DNA of 61,065 nt, the filler included. It is 6 parts of 6 records of this genome, joined end to end, with 100 filler letters (N's around TTAATTAATTAA, not from the genome) between each part and the next. Parts side by side here need not be neighbours in the genome. Positions count along the whole stretch, not along the records: positions 1 to 13,692 come from SRR31147125_14796; positions 13,793 to 25,487 come from SRR31147125_14800; 4 more parts are not named here. One strand, written 5' to 3'. The notes under the pieces are model-generated. The model was not told where the DNA came from and made no database searches. It saw only the letters and a list, made by a program, of their open reading frames with translations. Below are positions 8,774 through 18,523 of the stretch, piece after piece. The position numbers and the translations under genes are program-made. Every line of letters begins with the position of its first letter. The stretch's first letter is position 1.

Positions 8774-11095
8774 ATGGAGAATTACCTCGATGATTTAAAT
8801 GGCATTCAGCGGAAAGCAGTAGAAACGATTGATGGGCCTTCGCTGGTAATTGCTGGTGCGGGTTCAGGAAAGACACGTGTGCTAACATATCGAATTGCTC
8901 ATTTGTTAAAACAAGGAGCAAAGCCTTGGAGTATACTTGCATTAACTTTTACCAATAAAGCAGCGCGTGAAATGAAGGAGCGGATCGCAAGTATTGTTGG
9001 TGATAATGTTGCAAAATACCTGTGGATGGGAACATTTCACTCTATTTTTGCAAGAATACTTCGTATTGAGGCTGAAGTATTGGGTTTTCCTTCAAACTTC
9101 ACTATTTATGATTCGGCTGATTCCAAAAGCTTAATAAGAACAATTCTAAAGGACTTTCAGCTTGATGATAAAACATATAAACCGAATACGGTTGCAGGTC
9201 GTATTTCTTCTGCCAAAAATGGTTTGGTAACTCCTGTAGCTTATCAGAATAGTTCGCAGCTACGGGAATACGATATGAGTATTCGCATGCCCCGGATTGC
9301 TGAAATTTATAAAGAATATGAGAAACGATGCAGATTAGCTGGTGCAATGGATTTTGATGATTTATTGCTAAGGACAAATATTCTATTTCGCGATCATAAA
9401 GAAATTCTTGAGAAGTATCAGAAACAGTTCGATTATGTATTGGTTGATGAGTACCAGGATACCAATTTTGCACAATATCGTATTGTAAAAGAATTGGCTT
9501 CTATACATCACAATCTTTGTGTGGTTGGCGATGACGCCCAAAGTATTTATTCGTTTCGAGGTGCGCGAATTGAAAATATCCTAAATTTTCAGAAAGATTA
9601 TCCCAAGCACCAAATATTTAAATTAGAACAGAATTATCGTTCTACGCAAACTATTGTAGATGCGGCAAACAGTGTAATCTCCAAAAACAAACGTCAGATT
9701 CCGAAGCGAGTATTTTCAGAAAATGATCAGGGAAACTTGATTAAGGTAATGGAGGCATTAACAGATAACGAAGAGGGGTATTTGGTAGCTAATGAAATTT
9801 CGGAAACCCGAATGCGAAAACATTATCGCTATGAAGATTATGCGATTTTGTATCGAACCAATGCACAATCTCGTATTTTCGAGGAAGCACTTCGGAAACG
9901 GAATATTCCATATAAAATTTACGGAGGTTTGTCTTTTTACCAACGTAAAGAAATTAGAGATTTACTCGGGTATTTCCGATTGGTAATTAACTCAAAAGAT
10001 AATGAAGCACTGAAACGTGTTATTAATTATCCAGCCAGAGGAATTGGAGCAACAACGCTAGCAAAATTAGAACAAGCAGCTGTTGGGAATGGGCTGAGTA
10101 TTTTTGAGGTGATTGTAAAAAGTGGATCTGAAAACCTTGCCGGATTGAATAAAGGAACGTTGACTAAAATTCAGCAATTTGCAGGATTTATCAATCAGTT
10201 TATTGAAAAAGATTCGAATGCTGATGCCTATGAGATGGCAACTGAGGTAGCTACCAAAACGGGTTTAATGAAAGACCTGTACAATGATAAAACACCTGAA
10301 GGGATGAGCCGTTTTGAGAACATTCAGGAATTGCTTAATGGTATTCAGGAATTTACAATAAATGCACGGGAAGAAGGTACTCCAAATGCACTCGCAAATT
10401 ACATGGAAGATGTCGCTTTGCTTACCGATCAGGATTCTGATAAAGATGAAGATCGTGACAAAGTTACCATGATGACCGTTCATTCAGCTAAAGGGCTGGA
10501 GTTTAAAAATGTATTTATTGTAGGCTTGGAAGAAAACCTGTTTCCATCCAATAATTTTGGGAACAATATGAGCCCGGAAGCTTTTGAGGAAGAACGCAGG
10601 CTGTTTTATGTTGCATTAACCCGTGCCGAAGAGAATGCATTCATAAGCTATGCGAAGCAGCGCTATCGTTGGGGGAAGTTGGATTATTGTAATCCGAGTC
10701 GTTTTATCGAAGATTTGGATCAGAAATTTCTGGAACTTCCAGAAGAAAAAGATAGCTTTAGTTTTGATGAGCCATTGTCGTCTCAGGTTGAAAATCGAAC
10801 TTCTGGCTTTTCTAAACAAGTCGTTCAGCCTAATCGCCTTCCTAAAAATGATCAGCCCGGATTAAGCCAAAAGCTTACAAAACTGCGTGAAGCAAAAAAA
10901 GATGCTAAAACCATTGATGGTGATGATCCGCGTGATATTCAGGCTGGTATGAATGTAGAGCATCAGCGTTTTGGGAAAGGGAAAGTTCAACAAATTGAGG
11001 GTGTTTTCCCAAATTTGAAAGCAACCGTATTTTTTCAAAATGCAGGTCAGAAACAATTGTTATTGAAATTTGCCAAGCTTAGGATTGTTCGTTAG
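8774..11095 (+). CDS. pcrA: ATP-dependent DNA helicase PcrA/UvrD
   Basis: AGAGSGKT, LTFTNKAA, DEYQDTN, VGDDAQSIYSFRGA, LEQNYRS, TVHSAKGLEF, EEERRLFYVALTRA, Tudor-like C-terminus VEHQRFGKG. Confidence 0.95.
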   Translation: MENYLDDLNGIQRKAVETIDGPSLVIAGAGSGKTRVLTYRIAHLLKQGAKPWSILALTFTNKAAREMKERIASIVGDNVAKYLWMGTFHSIFARILRIEAEVLGFPSNFTIYDSADSKSLIRTILKDFQLDDKTYKPNTVAGRISSAKNGLVTPVAYQNSSQLREYDMSIRMPRIAEIYKEYEKRCRLAGAMDFDDLLLRTNILFRDHKEILEKYQKQFDYVLVDEYQDTNFAQYRIVKELASIHHNLCVVGDDAQSIYSFRGARIENILNFQKDYPKHQIFKLEQNYRSTQTIVDAANSVISKNKRQIPKRVFSENDQGNLIKVMEALTDNEEGYLVANEISETRMRKHYRYEDYAILYRTNAQSRIFEEALRKRNIPYKIYGGLSFYQRKEIRDLLGYFRLVINSKDNEALKRVINYPARGIGATTLAKLEQAAVGNGLSIFEVIVKSGSENLAGLNKGTLTKIQQFAGFINQFIEKDSNADAYEMATEVATKTGLMKDLYNDKTPEGMSRFENIQELLNGIQEFTINAREEGTPNALANYMEDVALLTDQDSDKDEDRDKVTMMTVHSAKGLEFKNVFIVGLEENLFPSNNFGNNMSPEAFEEERRLFYVALTRAEENAFISYAKQRYRWGKLDYCNPSRFIEDLDQKFLELPEEKDSFSFDEPLSSQVENRTSGFSKQVVQPNRLPKNDQPGLSQKLTKLREAKKDAKTIDGDDPRDIQAGMNVEHQRFGKGKVQQIEGVFPNLKATVFFQNAGQKQLLLKFAKLRIVR

Positions 11096-11151
11096 AAACA
11101 TTTTCAGCAAAAAATCGTTTTTAATAAAAAGGAAGATTTTTTGAAAAAAGA

Positions 11152-11182
11152 TTTGTCAGCAACAGAAAATCACTTAGTTTTG
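11152..11182 (+). promoter_or_regulatory. Bacteroidota housekeeping promoter (-33 TTTG / -7 TAnnTTTG)
   Basis: TTTG 11152-11155, 19-nt spacer, TAGTTTTG 11175-11182, upstream of DUF4290-murA. Confidence 0.65.
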
Positions 11183-11279
11183 CAATAATTAATCGCCTTC
11201 GTATTGATTACCAAGTTACAATAGCCTGATCTTATCGACCTTTTGTGATGCGAGATTTTTTATAGTTAACTTTATTTAA

Positions 11280-11902
11280 ATGGATTATAATTCGAATAGA
11301 TCGAAGTTGCCCCTTCCTGAGTATGGGCGCAATGTTCAAAATATGGTTGAACACATTTTAACCATTGAAGACCGTGAAGAGAGAAATTTTGCGGCTAAAA
11401 CAGTTATTGATGTAATGGGGAATTTACACCCGTATTTACGCGATATTAATGATTTTAAACACAAGCTCTGGGATCATTTGGCAATTATGGCCGATTTTAA
11501 ACTGGATATTGATTATCCGTATGAGCCACCTAAAAAGGAAACTTTTCAGGAAAAACCAAAGCGGGTACCTTATAGCGAGAATACAATTCGATATCGTCAT
11601 TATGGAAAAACTCTTGAGTCTTTGATTAAAACAGCTGCTGACTACGAGGGGGTGAAGAGAAAGAAGTACTTATCAAGTTGTTAGCAAACCATATGAAGAA
11701 ATGCTTTCTGGTATGGAATAAAGACACCGTTGATGATACGAAAATCTATAAGGATCTTGAGGCACTTTCAAGAGGTGAGATCAAAAGAGATGATTTAGGG
11801 TTGACTGAAACAAAAGAAATTCTTTATCGTAACGTACGCACGAGTAAGAAAAGTAACACCCAAAACCGAGGATCAAAAAAACATCGTAAGTCGAATAACT
11901 AA
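11280..11902 (+). CDS. DUF4290 family protein (apparent frameshift at G5 11648-11652)
   Basis: MDYNSNRSKLPLPEYGRNVQNMV and HKLWDHL motifs; sits before murA. Adding one base joins ORFs 11280-11684 and 11678-11902 (EGGEEKEVLIKLLANHMKK). Confidence 0.85.
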
Positions 11903-11912
11903 CCACTTCTGA

Positions 11913-13220
11913 ATGGCAACTTTTCAAATTGAAGGAGGAAAAAAGCTAAATGGTAAGTTAAATCCGCAGGGGGCTAAAAATGAAGCCTTGCAAGTTATAT
12001 GTGCAGTACTGCTTACCCCAGAAAAAGTTCAAATCAGTAATATTCCTGAAATTCGGGATGTCCTCAAATTAATTGAAATTTTGAAGGAGCTTGGTGTGAA
12101 GACTGAGCGAATTTCCAAAGGGAAATATGATTTTCAGGCAGATCAAATCAATATTGACTACCTGCAATCAAAACAATTTGAGAAGCAAGCTACACATCTT
12201 CGCGGCTCAATTATGATTGTTGGCCCATTGCTTGCTCGATTTGGAAAGGCATATATTCCACAGCCGGGAGGTGATAAGATTGGACGTCGTAGGTTGGATA
12301 CCCATTTTGTAGGATTACAAAAATTAGGAGCGCAATTTGATTATGATGCTGCAAATCATTTTTTCAGTGTAGATGCATCAAAACTAAAAGGTAGCTATAT
12401 GCTGCTAGATGAGGCTTCGGTTACTGGAACTGCTAATATACTGATGGCTGCTGTTATGGCCGAAGGTATTACTACCATTTACAATGCTGCATGTGAGCCA
12501 TATTTGCAACAGTTGAGTAGAATGTTGGTAAGCATGGGAGCCCAAATTGAAGGTATAGGTTCAAATCTTTTAAAGATTCAAGGTGTTGCCAGCTTATCCG
12601 GATGTGTACATCAGATTCTCCCAGATATGATTGAGGTAGGTAGTTTTATTGGACTGGCAGCAATGACAGGTTCTGAAATTACCATTCCAAATGCCGGTAT
12701 TGAGCACCTTGGTATTATTCCTGATTCATTTAAAAGACTAGGGATTAAGATTGAGAAAAGAGGTGATGATATTTTTATTCCAGAACAAGAGGAGTATGAA
12801 ATTGAAACCTTTATTGATGGTTCAATCATGACGATTGCTGATGCTCCATGGCCTGGATTAACCCCTGACTTGCTCAGTATTTTTTTAGTTGTAGCTACTC
12901 AGGCAAACGGCAGTGTGCTCATTCATCAAAAAATGTTTGAAAGCCGCTTGTTTTTTGTTGATAAGTTAATTGATATGGGAGCTCAAATTATACTTTGTGA
13001 CCCACATCGTGCAACTGTAATTGGCTTGAATAAAAAGCACATGCTAAGAGGAACAAACATGTCTTCACCAGATATTCGTGCTGGTGTTTCATTGCTTATT
13101 GCGGCTCTTTCAGCTCAAGGCAAAAGTGTAATATCAAACATTGAGCAGATTGATCGTGGGTATGAGCAAATTGATGAACGGTTAAATGCAATTGGAGCAA
13201 GTATTACACGCTTAGATTAA
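11913..13220 (+). CDS. murA: UDP-N-acetylglucosamine 1-carboxyvinyltransferase
   Basis: QGAKNEAL, LRGSIM, PGGDKIGRRRLDTH, SVTGTAN, PDIRAG, QIDRGYE. Asp stands at the position of the catalytic Cys (PGGDKIG versus E. coli PGGCTIG). Confidence 0.96.
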   Translation: MATFQIEGGKKLNGKLNPQGAKNEALQVICAVLLTPEKVQISNIPEIRDVLKLIEILKELGVKTERISKGKYDFQADQINIDYLQSKQFEKQATHLRGSIMIVGPLLARFGKAYIPQPGGDKIGRRRLDTHFVGLQKLGAQFDYDAANHFFSVDASKLKGSYMLLDEASVTGTANILMAAVMAEGITTIYNAACEPYLQQLSRMLVSMGAQIEGIGSNLLKIQGVASLSGCVHQILPDMIEVGSFIGLAAMTGSEITIPNAGIEHLGIIPDSFKRLGIKIEKRGDDIFIPEQEEYEIETFIDGSIMTIADAPWPGLTPDLLSIFLVVATQANGSVLIHQKMFESRLFFVDKLIDMGAQIILCDPHRATVIGLNKKHMLRGTNMSSPDIRAGVSLLIAALSAQGKSVISNIEQIDRGYEQIDERLNAIGASITRLD

Positions 13221-13369
13221 ATTTAGCAGCGTATTTTTTCAGCTTCCATAATCATTTTTTTGGATTCAGTCCCATTTGTTAAAATTTTCAAATAAGTCAG
13301 CTAAAGGACAAACCTCTGTCTTGTTTTTTGTTATAATTGTTAACGAAAAGTAAATCAAAAGAAATAGAC

Positions 13370-13692
13370 ATGAAGAAAAGATTTATAATACTGATTGCAA
13401 GTGTTGCTATTTATTCAACTAATTTACTTGCAGGTAATGAGCCAAAAACTGGAACGAACATTGGTGATAAAGCTCCAGATATTGTAGAACAGTCATTTGA
13501 TAGTAAAGAAATGAAACTTTCCGATTTAGAAGGGAAAGTGGTTTTAATTGATTTTTGGGCATCTTGGTGTGGACCTTGCCGGAGGGAAAATCCAGCTGTT
13601 GTTTCAGCATATGAAAACTTTAAAGACAAAGAATTTAAAAATGGAAATGGCTTTACGGTTTATAGTGTTTCTCTTGATAACAACAAAGCTGC
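13370..13692 (+). CDS. TlpA/ResA-like thiol-disulfide oxidoreductase (3'-truncated by contig end)
   Basis: Signal peptide; GKVVLIDFWASWCGPCRRENP. Confidence 0.9.
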
Positions 13693-13792
13693 NNNNNNNN
13701 NNNNNNNNNNNNNNNNNNNNNNNNNNNNNNNNNNNNTTAATTAATTAANNNNNNNNNNNNNNNNNNNNNNNNNNNNNNNNNNNNNNNNNNNN
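13693..13792. other. Artificial contig linker
   Basis: N44-TTAATTAATTAA-N44; stop codons in all six frames. Confidence 0.99.
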
Positions 13793-13922
13793 AGATCAAA
13801 GTTAAATATGGAAATTTTAGAGCAATTCAAAGAACTAGCTGGGGTGGTTTTTATCTAAAACTATCTTGAAATATAGAATGATTGTAAATTTAATAAATAA
13901 ACAATTATTCTATATTTTTATT

Positions 13923-13967
13923 AAAAAAAGCGAAATCTCTTGTATTAACAAAAGATTTCGCTTTTTT
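13923..13967. terminator. Bidirectional terminator
   Basis: aaaaaagcgaaatct...agatttcgctttttt inverted repeat. Confidence 0.8.
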
Positions 13968-13971
13968 AATG

Positions 13972-14208
13972 TTAACTATTTTTTTCATCTTTTTTTCTCC
14001 AGAAAGTTAAGCAAAGACCAGCCCAAAAGATTACAATGAAAAATGCACCTATGTATAACATTGAGCGACCATCATTTCCTCTAGAAATAGAGTAGTGTTT
14101 GATGCCAATTAGATAAACCATCCAAAGTACAATTGAAGCAAGTTGACCTATAAAATAAATAATTCTTCCTTGTTTTGTTAAATATTTTAAAATTAGCCTG
14201 TCGAGCAT
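13972..14208 (-). CDS. Small two-TM membrane protein (78 aa)
   Basis: AAGGAGGA RBS ahead of ATG 14208; two hydrophobic segments; followed by a terminator. Confidence 0.7.
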   Translation of the reverse strand: MLDRLILKYLTKQGRIIYFIGQLASIVLWMVYLIGIKHYSISRGNDGRSMLYIGAFFIVIFWAGLCLTFWRKKDEKNS

Positions 14209-14374
14209 ATTTTCCTCCTTGGTAAATTTTTTAATCCCATTATTCCCCCTAAATCTAATCAATCTTTAATTTTATTAAACAAAATCAATAATGTTATCAA
14301 ATGAAGAATTTGAATTGTTAAAAAAATTATCATATATGATATTGTCAGGGGCTGGCGAGTTTATGTGAAATCTA

Positions 14375-14965
14375 TTATTCTAATTTCTCTTTTGATTGAG
14401 ATTTTTCAATTATAACTGGAACGATTTGAGAAAAAAGTTCATCTCCATTATGAGTAACAGTAAATATCCAATTACCTTGAAAGAGTTCTCCTTCTTCTAC
14501 TTTAAATACAGCAGCATTCACGGTATCGTCGTTGAATTTATAAGCTATATTTGGCCATCGATCTCTAAGAATGGCGTTACCGTTATAATCAATTACTTTT
14601 ACATCTACAAAAATATCTAATGTATTTTCTCCATTTTTAAATAACTTATCATTTAAAAGATAGGTACATCCGATATAGCTACCTAGTTTCGCTTTCCTAT
14701 TAATGTCAGGAGGAGTTAAACTTATATTTTCATTTTCAACATAATCTTTTTTAAAACCAAAAATTCCATAGGCTTTTACCCATGCTTTTTGAAACTCCCC
14801 ATCAACATTTTCTTTTTTGGGATAATCAGTGTCAGCCGAAGAGTTTTTTTTATTTGTTATATTTTCTGTTTTAGAAACGTGTTTTTCATAAAAATACAGT
14901 GTTGCCCAACTTGTTAAGGTCATTAACATACCAATTGTACTAAATAATAAAATTATTTTTCTCAT
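14375..14965 (-). CDS. Exported hypothetical protein, possibly DUF3859-like beta-sandwich
   Basis: AGGAG RBS; N-terminal hydrophobic helix; YGIF...KLGSYIG...ELFQGNWIFTV pattern. Family call is tentative. Confidence 0.6.
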   Translation of the reverse strand: MRKIILLFSTIGMLMTLTSWATLYFYEKHVSKTENITNKKNSSADTDYPKKENVDGEFQKAWVKAYGIFGFKKDYVENENISLTPPDINRKAKLGSYIGCTYLLNDKLFKNGENTLDIFVDVKVIDYNGNAILRDRWPNIAYKFNDDTVNAAVFKVEEGELFQGNWIFTVTHNGDELFSQIVPVIIEKSQSKEKLE

Positions 14966-15099
14966 TTCTTTTCTCCTACATATCTTAAATTTTCAATTAC
15001 TACCTAATTTCATCATATTATAACAGTATAATCTGAGTTTTGATATTATTATTTCGCTATGTTCCAAAGAACAAGCAAAGTAGGTTTTCTTAAATTTTT

Positions 15100-15477
15100 C
15101 TAATCTTTGATTAAATGATTATTATATAGATCTATTTTCCACTTAACATAATCTTTTATTTCATTTAATTGAGTTATTTCATTTTCTATTGTATTAAGGT
15201 GTTCTACCAGTATCTCTTTTCGCTCTTTGGTAGTTGAAGCTCCGACTCTTCTTAAGTCAGCATACTCAAGGATTTTATCAATTTTCATTTTTGTTTTTTT
15301 GGCCTTTTTTATAAACTCTATCCACTCGATATCTTTTTCGGTATATGAACGATTACCTGAACTGTCTTTTTCTATTTCATCAATTAAGCCGATACTCTCA
15401 TAGTATCGCAAAGTATGTGCTTTTATACCGCTTATCTCAGAAACCTGTTTTATCGAAAATCTTTTCAATGATATCAC
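15100..15477 (-). CDS. MerR family regulator, AdhR/NmlR-like
   Basis: SIKQVSEISGIKAHTLRYYESIGLI...GNRSY..KDIEWIEFIK; downstream of an AKR gene. Confidence 0.92.
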   Translation of the reverse strand: MISLKRFSIKQVSEISGIKAHTLRYYESIGLIDEIEKDSSGNRSYTEKDIEWIEFIKKAKKTKMKIDKILEYADLRRVGASTTKERKEILVEHLNTIENEITQLNEIKDYVKWKIDLYNNHLIKD

Positions 15478-15487
15478 TTCCTATTAT

Positions 15488-16471
15488 TTAACTATTTAAT
15501 CCGGTCATTCCGGCTTTTGAATAACGTGCTCCAGTAACTTTATTTTTATGGAAAATTTCATCGATTTTTCTGATGACATCATCACTTAGGTGAATTTTAG
15601 CAGAAGCAACATTGTCAGTCAAATATTTGATTCTTTTAGTCCCAGGAATAGGTACAATAAATGGTTTTTTATGCATCCCCCATGCAATAGCAAGTTGTGC
15701 AGTTGTACAACCTAGTTTTTTAGCTTGTAAATTGAGGAATTCGATAATTTTATTATTATTATCCATATTTTCATCTGAAAATCTAGGTGCAAATCTTCTA
15801 AAATCGCCCTCTTCAAATTGTTCTTTGTTTTTGATATTTCCCGATAACAAACCTCTGCTAATGGGACTATATGCTACGAAACCTATATTATTCTTTTCAC
15901 ACACTTCAAATACTCCGTTGAACTCCATATCTCTGGTCATTAAGGAATACTCACTTTGAACAGCAGTAATAGGAAAAATCTCGTGTGCTTTCTGTAATGT
16001 AGCTGCTGAAACTTCTGATAAACCTATATGTTTTATTTTCCCCTCTTTTACTAAATCGGCCAATGTGCCAATAGTTTCTTCTAAAGGATACTCATTATTT
16101 AACCTATGTGCATAATAAAGGTCTATACAATCAACCCCGAGTCGTTTAAGTGAATTTTCACATGCATTTCTAATATATTCAGGACTATTATCAATGACTC
16201 TTTCATATTTTCCTGCTTCTCTTTTTATACCAAATTTTGTTGCGATAATAAGTTTATCTCTTTTGTCTTTTATAAATTTCCCCAATAACTCTTCATTATG
16301 TCCAAATCCATAGGTGTCAGCAGTATCATAAAAATTTACTCCAAGCTCATACGATTTTTCCAGAACTTTAAGGGATTCCTTATCATCTGCCTTACCATAA
16401 AATTCAGACATCCCCATACATCCAAGCCCTATTTCATTTACCTCTAGATTGCCAAGTGTTCTCTTATTCAT
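15488..16471 (-). CDS. Aldo/keto reductase
   Basis: IGLGCMGMSEFYG, DTADTYG..HNEELLG, ATKFG, IDLYYAHR, VQSEYSL, YSPISRGLL, PIPGTKR. Confidence 0.95.
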   Translation of the reverse strand: MNKRTLGNLEVNEIGLGCMGMSEFYGKADDKESLKVLEKSYELGVNFYDTADTYGFGHNEELLGKFIKDKRDKLIIATKFGIKREAGKYERVIDNSPEYIRNACENSLKRLGVDCIDLYYAHRLNNEYPLEETIGTLADLVKEGKIKHIGLSEVSAATLQKAHEIFPITAVQSEYSLMTRDMEFNGVFEVCEKNNIGFVAYSPISRGLLSGNIKNKEQFEEGDFRRFAPRFSDENMDNNNKIIEFLNLQAKKLGCTTAQLAIAWGMHKKPFIVPIPGTKRIKYLTDNVASAKIHLSDDVIRKIDEIFHKNKVTGARYSKAGMTGLNS

Positions 16472-16499
16472 ATCTGCCTCCTATATTTAATCTATAAGA

Positions 16500-16530
16500 A
16501 GCATATCACTTAAAGTTAACTTTAAGGCAA
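16500..16530 (-). promoter_or_regulatory. MerR-type promoter with 19-bp spacer and AdhR-type operator
   Basis: Minus strand TTGCCT-19 nt-TATGCT; perfect 18-bp palindrome CTTAAAGTTAACTTTAAG at 16509-16526. Confidence 0.9.
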
Positions 16531-16541
16531 GAACTTTATTA

Positions 16542-17075
16542 TTATAATTTTGTAAACTCTAAAAAAGCTTTTGTCATCTCCTCCGCCATTTGCTCAGGAG
16601 TTTCCTTAGCTCCGTTTTCTATCCATTTTAATGCCATATTGAAGATAGCACCTGTATAGCAATAGATTTTATAACTTTCTACAGAATTAGCCGGCATATC
16701 ACCTGCTGTATTTTCCACAAATTCATTTAACATATCAAGAAAAATATAGGAAAGTCCGTTTTGGCATAACTCTCTAATATACTCTTGATATTTATGGTAA
16801 AACTTAAATGTATATAAAATTCGCCTATATGTAAGCGCTCCTTGAAAATCGAAATTAATATCAGTTATATATTCTTCATGAAGAGTATATGCAAAGTCAA
16901 ATAAGATATCCTCTTTTGATTCAAAATTTCTATAATATGATGCACGTGCAACAGCTGCATTTTTAACAATTTCACTAATGGTAATCTCCTGAAATTTTTT
17001 CTTTTTCATAAGAGAAAATAGTGAATCAGTAATTTTTTTCTTTACTCTATGATTTGCTTCCACTCTTTTATCCAT
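16542..17075 (-). CDS. TetR/AcrR family regulator
   Basis: ITISEIVKNAAVARASYYRNFESKEDIL; C-terminal WIENGAKETPEQMA. Confidence 0.92.
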   Translation of the reverse strand: MDKRVEANHRVKKKITDSLFSLMKKKKFQEITISEIVKNAAVARASYYRNFESKEDILFDFAYTLHEEYITDINFDFQGALTYRRILYTFKFYHKYQEYIRELCQNGLSYIFLDMLNEFVENTAGDMPANSVESYKIYCYTGAIFNMALKWIENGAKETPEQMAEEMTKAFLEFTKL

Positions 17076-17156
17076 ATATTTACTACCTCCTTTGCTAACT
17101 GAGACAAAGTGATGTTGATTGACTCAGGTCTGACTATTGTTGAAAAATGGAAATTA

Positions 17157-17172
17157 TGATACATTTGTATCA
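17157..17172. promoter_or_regulatory. Candidate TetR operator
   Basis: TGATACA-tt-TGTATCA palindrome between the divergent tetR and HXXEE genes. Confidence 0.6.
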
Positions 17173-17231
17173 CATTAAATTATAACACATGTGTAAATTT
17201 ATATCAATTTTAGAATTATATCAATGGAGGA

Positions 17232-17783
17232 GTGATGAGTATGTTTTTTGAAAGTTTTGATATTAGAGTTTTGTTTTATTTTGTTCCTGTTATTTTGTTT
17301 ATTCATGAAATGGAGGAATGGAATATTAATAAATATCATCTGGAAAATTATGAAAATAAAATACCTGGAGAAACAAATTTAAGTTGTCGTCTTTGGTTAT
17401 TTTTTCTAAGTATGTTTGGTTTTATATGGACTAAAATAGCCCTACTTATACCAAACGTCGTAATAACCAGTGCTATAATGATGCTACTTATAGATTTTAC
17501 TCTTCTTAATGGAATACAGCATATAGTCCTGTCGTTAAAATTGAAAAAATATAATCCGGGACTGCTGTTTGGGGGAGTAGTAGGAATAGTGCTTAATCTA
17601 ATAATTTTGAGAGTTATAGTTATACAGAAGATTCTGCCTTTATCAGCTTTGCTTGTTTTATTGTTTCCAATTATCCCTTTCCTTGTGGAGTCAATAATCA
17701 GTAGTAAAAAAAATAAAATACCTAAAATGTTAGAATGGATACTCGTCTTTTCAACAAAGCTTGAAAATCTAATGACAAAATAA
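17232..17783 (+). CDS. HXXEE-domain membrane protein
   Basis: LFIHEMEEW motif, later NGIQH and YNPGL, several TMs; GGAGGA RBS. Confidence 0.85.
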   Translation: MMSMFFESFDIRVLFYFVPVILFIHEMEEWNINKYHLENYENKIPGETNLSCRLWLFFLSMFGFIWTKIALLIPNVVITSAIMMLLIDFTLLNGIQHIVLSLKLKKYNPGLLFGGVVGIVLNLIILRVIVIQKILPLSALLVLLFPIIPFLVESIISSKKNKIPKMLEWILVFSTKLENLMTK

Positions 17784-17945
17784 AGTAAAATTAAAAATTC
17801 TAATACAGGATTTTTATAAACAATAAGCTTACTTTGTTTATCATCTGTTTTGACATTGATACTTAAATGAGATATAATGACTGGAGTTTTACGTAACATA
17901 TATCTACACAGGGATTTTAAGGAAATTTTTAGAGGTGATAAGAAT

Positions 17946-18335
17946 ATGAGCATTATCAACTTTTCTCTCCTAGGTAGAAAAATACTACCTTCAGATATGG
18001 AGAAAAAGGAAGACTCTACTAAAAATATCGATAATAGTGACTTAAAAAAAATCACTAGTTTTGACGATGTTTTAAAGGCAAAAGAAGAGGAATTAAAAGC
18101 AGTATATCAGGATAAAGATATCGCTGTAGAGGAAACAAAAACGGAAGAAAAAGCTCCAGAGAAAGTAGTGGTTGAAGAGTTGGCTGTTGAAAATAGTAAA
18201 ATAGCTAAAACTCCTTCACTTGAGAACTTAAGTGCAAGTAGAATTAATTCAACTGACTATTATACTAATCAGGCATCTATGGTAATCCAGAATCAATTTT
18301 TACATGATTACCTAAATGGCAATAAAAAATTATAG
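17946..18335 (+). CDS. Hypothetical charged cytoplasmic protein
   Basis: GAGGTG RBS before ATG 17946; followed by a terminator; no family recognised. Confidence 0.65.
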   Translation: MSIINFSLLGRKILPSDMEKKEDSTKNIDNSDLKKITSFDDVLKAKEEELKAVYQDKDIAVEETKTEEKAPEKVVVEELAVENSKIAKTPSLENLSASRINSTDYYTNQASMVIQNQFLHDYLNGNKKL

Positions 18336-18390
18336 AAGTTTATAATTTCTATATTTATAACTTTTCCTGGGTATTTATAGCGTAAAACAG

Positions 18391-18414
18391 AAAGCCGGCA
18401 TTAAGCCGGCTTTT
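18391..18414 (+). terminator. Rho-independent terminator
   Basis: aaagccggc-attaa-gccggctttt. Confidence 0.8.
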
Positions 18415-18523
18415 ATGTACCATGGTAAAGTATAGATTATGCAAAGTTCTTGTTATATATAATTACTTTCTTGATAATTTTAGATTTACATGGTAATATG
18501 GCTATCGAACGGTAGGAGGTTAC

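Noticed and set aside
13793-13870. 3' tail of a gene at the start of contig 2
   Set aside because: Two short open frames are possible and neither is identifiable.
17348-18055. 235-aa minus-strand ORF
   Set aside because: Antisense shadow of the HXXEE gene and its neighbour, both of which have RBSs and better support.
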